Origin: Schmidtea polychroa
Lineage: Eukaryota
Assembly: GCA_044892525.1 (NCBI GenBank)
Contig: CM097887.1
Coordinates: forward strand, 21,452,001-21,516,000
DNA: 64,000 bases
Reading direction: 5' to 3'
Both the position numbers and the translations under genes were made by a program. This document shows positions 61,341 through 64,000 of the stretch, in pieces. Under the pieces are notes generated by a model. That model ran no database searches. It had not been told where the DNA came from and saw nothing but the letters and a program-made list of their open reading frames with translations. How positions within the stretch are numbered: position 1 is the first letter of the stretch; every line of letters starts with the position of its first letter.

Positions 61341-61891
61341 AACATTAATTTCATCAAATTTCTTTAATATTATTTAGTAATAATAATTATATTTTGAGTA
61401 ATAATCGAATTTCTTTTATTTTATATTTAAAAAACTTGAATAATTTTAATGGTATTTTATAATTAAGGTAACCTTTACCCGAATTATTGTCAATGTAAAG
61501 TCCACGATGACAGCAATTGCCATGAAATAATGAAAAAATACTATTGACATGTGAATAAACGAGTCAACTTCTTTATATGTCCCATTTGTAACAGCTCCCA
61601 AAATAACTTTTTCTGACTTTTAACATTAATTTCATCAAATTTCTTTAATATTATTTAGTAATAATAATTATATTTTGAATAATAATCGAATTTCTTTTAT
61701 TTTATATTTAAAAAACTTTTGAATAATTTTAATGGTATTTTATAATTAAGGTAATCTTTACCCGAATTATTGTCAATGTAAAGTCCAAGATGACAGCAAT
61801 TGCCATGAAATAATGAAACATGTGAATAAACGAGTCAACTTCTTTATATGTCCCATTTGTAACAGCTCCCAAAATAACTTTTTCTGACTTT
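61341..61891. repeat. Tandem duplication (281 bp plus about 270 bp)
   Basis: aacattaatttcatcaaatttc starts at 61341 and 61622; near-identical apart from a short deletion. Confidence 0.93.
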
Positions 61892-62169
61892 TATAGTGAA
61901 CAACAATGTGCACATTTAAATCAATTTTCTTGTACAAAGAAACTTTTTGTATCTATTCATTTAAATAAAAAACGATTTGTTATTGTTTGTCCACAACTAT
62001 CGAAACTATTCGTAATTTCCGATGTTGAAGATGTTCATTCATCAAATGACGAAACTATAGTTCAATATGGTGGTTTTAATGAACGTTATTTAAATTTAAT
62101 TTGAATAAGGCACATACTATTGTTAAAATGGTTTCTTTAAATTTCAATAAATTAATTATGCCTGCCCCT

Positions 62170-63214
62170 TTTATTAACTAAATTAAATTCTGTTATATCC
62201 GAAATGGGATATGTTAAAATTTAATTCTGCATTGATGTAGAATTTGAAAAAGATGGACAATTTCAGTTTTTTATAATATCTAATTCGGCGAAACCCATGA
62301 GTGATACCTTTTTAGATGACAGTATTGCTCTTTTGAATGAAAAAATAACTGAAGTCTGCGAAAATGGTAGCAACTGGTCAATAATTAAAATTAAGGAAAT
62401 TAGTTTTAAATTGACAAAATATTCACAAATAAGTAGATTAAGTAGATAAGTAGATAAGTGGTCACGGATGTATTGAGAATAAAGGTCTTATATATGTGGG
62501 TTTTTCTTAGACCTAAATGTTATAGTTTGTTAGATGATGACGAGACTAAAAAAACCAAAGGAGTAACATTGAAAGGTAGTGACTTAAAACATCTGTCATA
62601 CCTGAATTGTTACAATACCAAACAAATTTTTTCGGTACCGCAAACTAGAATAACTAGCAAAAATTACCGATTCCCGGTAAGTTTATCGAAAACGAGTTTA
62701 TCGAAAGCGAGTTTATCGAATGATCAATTGATCGAATGACGAGTTTATCGAAAAATATTATTTTTAAGGAACTTACGAATTGTGGATTTTATCTCAAAAA
62801 AGCATGTCTCTTTTTAAAAAATTAAAAACTTTTAAATACTTTAATTATATACAGAAATTTTAAATATTTTATTCGATTTTATTCGCTTTCGATAAACTCG
62901 TTTTCGATAAACTCGTCGGCTACCATTATTTCAGTATTTTTTGCCTTAAATCTTTTTTCAATATTTTTTACCCAAAACGAATTTTTTGTAACAAATGCTA
63001 TTATAAACACATTTTAAGTTTCTGCGTATAAAGAAAAAAATTTTAAAGTTTTTAATTCCTTAAAAATAATATTTTTCGATAAACTCGTTTTCAATAAACT
63101 CGTCGGCTACTAAAATTACCAGTTATTCACCATAAAAAAATGAAAAAAACAGCACTTACCAACGCAGATGATAAAAGTGTTTGGGTGGGGAAAAATACTA
63201 GTTATGGGCATTAA
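62170..63214 (+). mobile_element. Internally deleted Polinton/Maverick (adintovirus-like) protein-primed DNA polymerase B remnant
   Basis: N-terminal-type ENGSNWSIIKIKEI..KLTKY joined to C-terminal FLRPKCYSL...KKTKGV and ALTNADDK...YGH*. Confidence 0.65.
62669..63111. mobile_element. MULE-like MITE inserted in the polB remnant, 9-bp TSD AAAATTACC
   Basis: TSD at 62660-62668 and 63112-63120; inverted arrays of gagtttatcgaaa / tttcgataaactc; excision restores TSKNYQLFTIK. Confidence 0.8.
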
Positions 63215-64000
63215 TATTGCTAAAAACAGCAAATTTAAACAAAATAAAGAAATAGACAAATCAAAATTTCAGATCAGAAAATAAAAATAAAATGCGATCT
63301 AAAACACACATGATCGATCTTGATTGATCGAAGGCATGCAGAACAAAACTATATAAAAGTCCGCCTCAGTAGCCACTTTACTACTTATTCTATTAAAAAC
63401 GCTTTTACCTTTTTAATGTAAATTTATTTTCGAAAGTTAGCACCTAAAATTTAGACTCTCAATTTTGTTTTTTCGAAACTGAATTACTATTAATCAGCAA
63501 TCGTTTCCGTATTTGTATTACCAGAACTACTATTTCAACAGTTTTGTATTTTACTGTCATTTGTTAGCTTTAACTACTAATTTTTGTCTCAATTAGATCT
63601 GCTTGTGTTAACCCAGTAGCCGTAAGGCAAATTTTGTTGAATACTTGTTAAAACCAGTTACATTTTGAGTTTCTGAAGATTCTGAAGTCTTTTACTAATT
63701 TTACGTTATCGATTGTTGGAATTTACGTGAAATTTTTCAACCGAAATCAGAATCTTGTAACAGGGGTAATTTTTTATGATTTGATTGTGTTATATGATAA
63801 TAATTTTGATAATGATATTGTACATTTTGATTTAAAATTAAATGATTTGATTAAATATTACTTCATTCTCCTTCGTTATGATTAATGTAGATGAACTTTT
63901 CAGGATTTTAGTAATATAATTGATTTTTCTCGATTTAGCATTATCAAATTGTTTTTTGTGGTCAATTATTAGTGGATAAGCTATCATGAAGGGACGGAAG

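Overview
AT-rich eukaryotic genomic DNA with several N gaps, not a prokaryotic window. The organism uses very small GT-AG introns (about 30-42 nt) and has a metazoan-type transposon repertoire; a reduced parasitic animal such as a myxozoan or orthonectid is plausible but is inference only. Most of the window is spanned by one minus-strand omega-amidase/NIT2-like nitrilase gene. Four phase-compatible exons (54238-54021, 53979-53837, 25301-24944, 1336-1223) give about 277 aa after correcting one 1-nt deletion. One 41-nt intron sits beside two giant introns (about 28.5 kb and 23.6 kb), and the last exon of a paralogue lies at 59104-58988. The giant introns contain pogo, hAT (Ac/ZBED, Buster/SPIN, ZMYM-like), Merlin, MULE-like MITE, Gypsy pol and solo-LTR-like sequence, plus an intronless RNF115/126-like pseudogene. 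A Polinton-like polB remnant lies outside the gene near the window end. The least explained signal is a dispersed family of 4-5 cassettes with no recognisable transposase, reverse transcriptase or integrase: divergently oriented ORF pairs (a CxxC/coiled-coil ORF with a WFxPxQMK motif opposite a second degraded ORF), associated with a conserved, covarying, strand-specific multi-hairpin sequence of about 215 nt. All alignments were done by eye and family assignments rest on recalled motifs; none was confirmed by database search.
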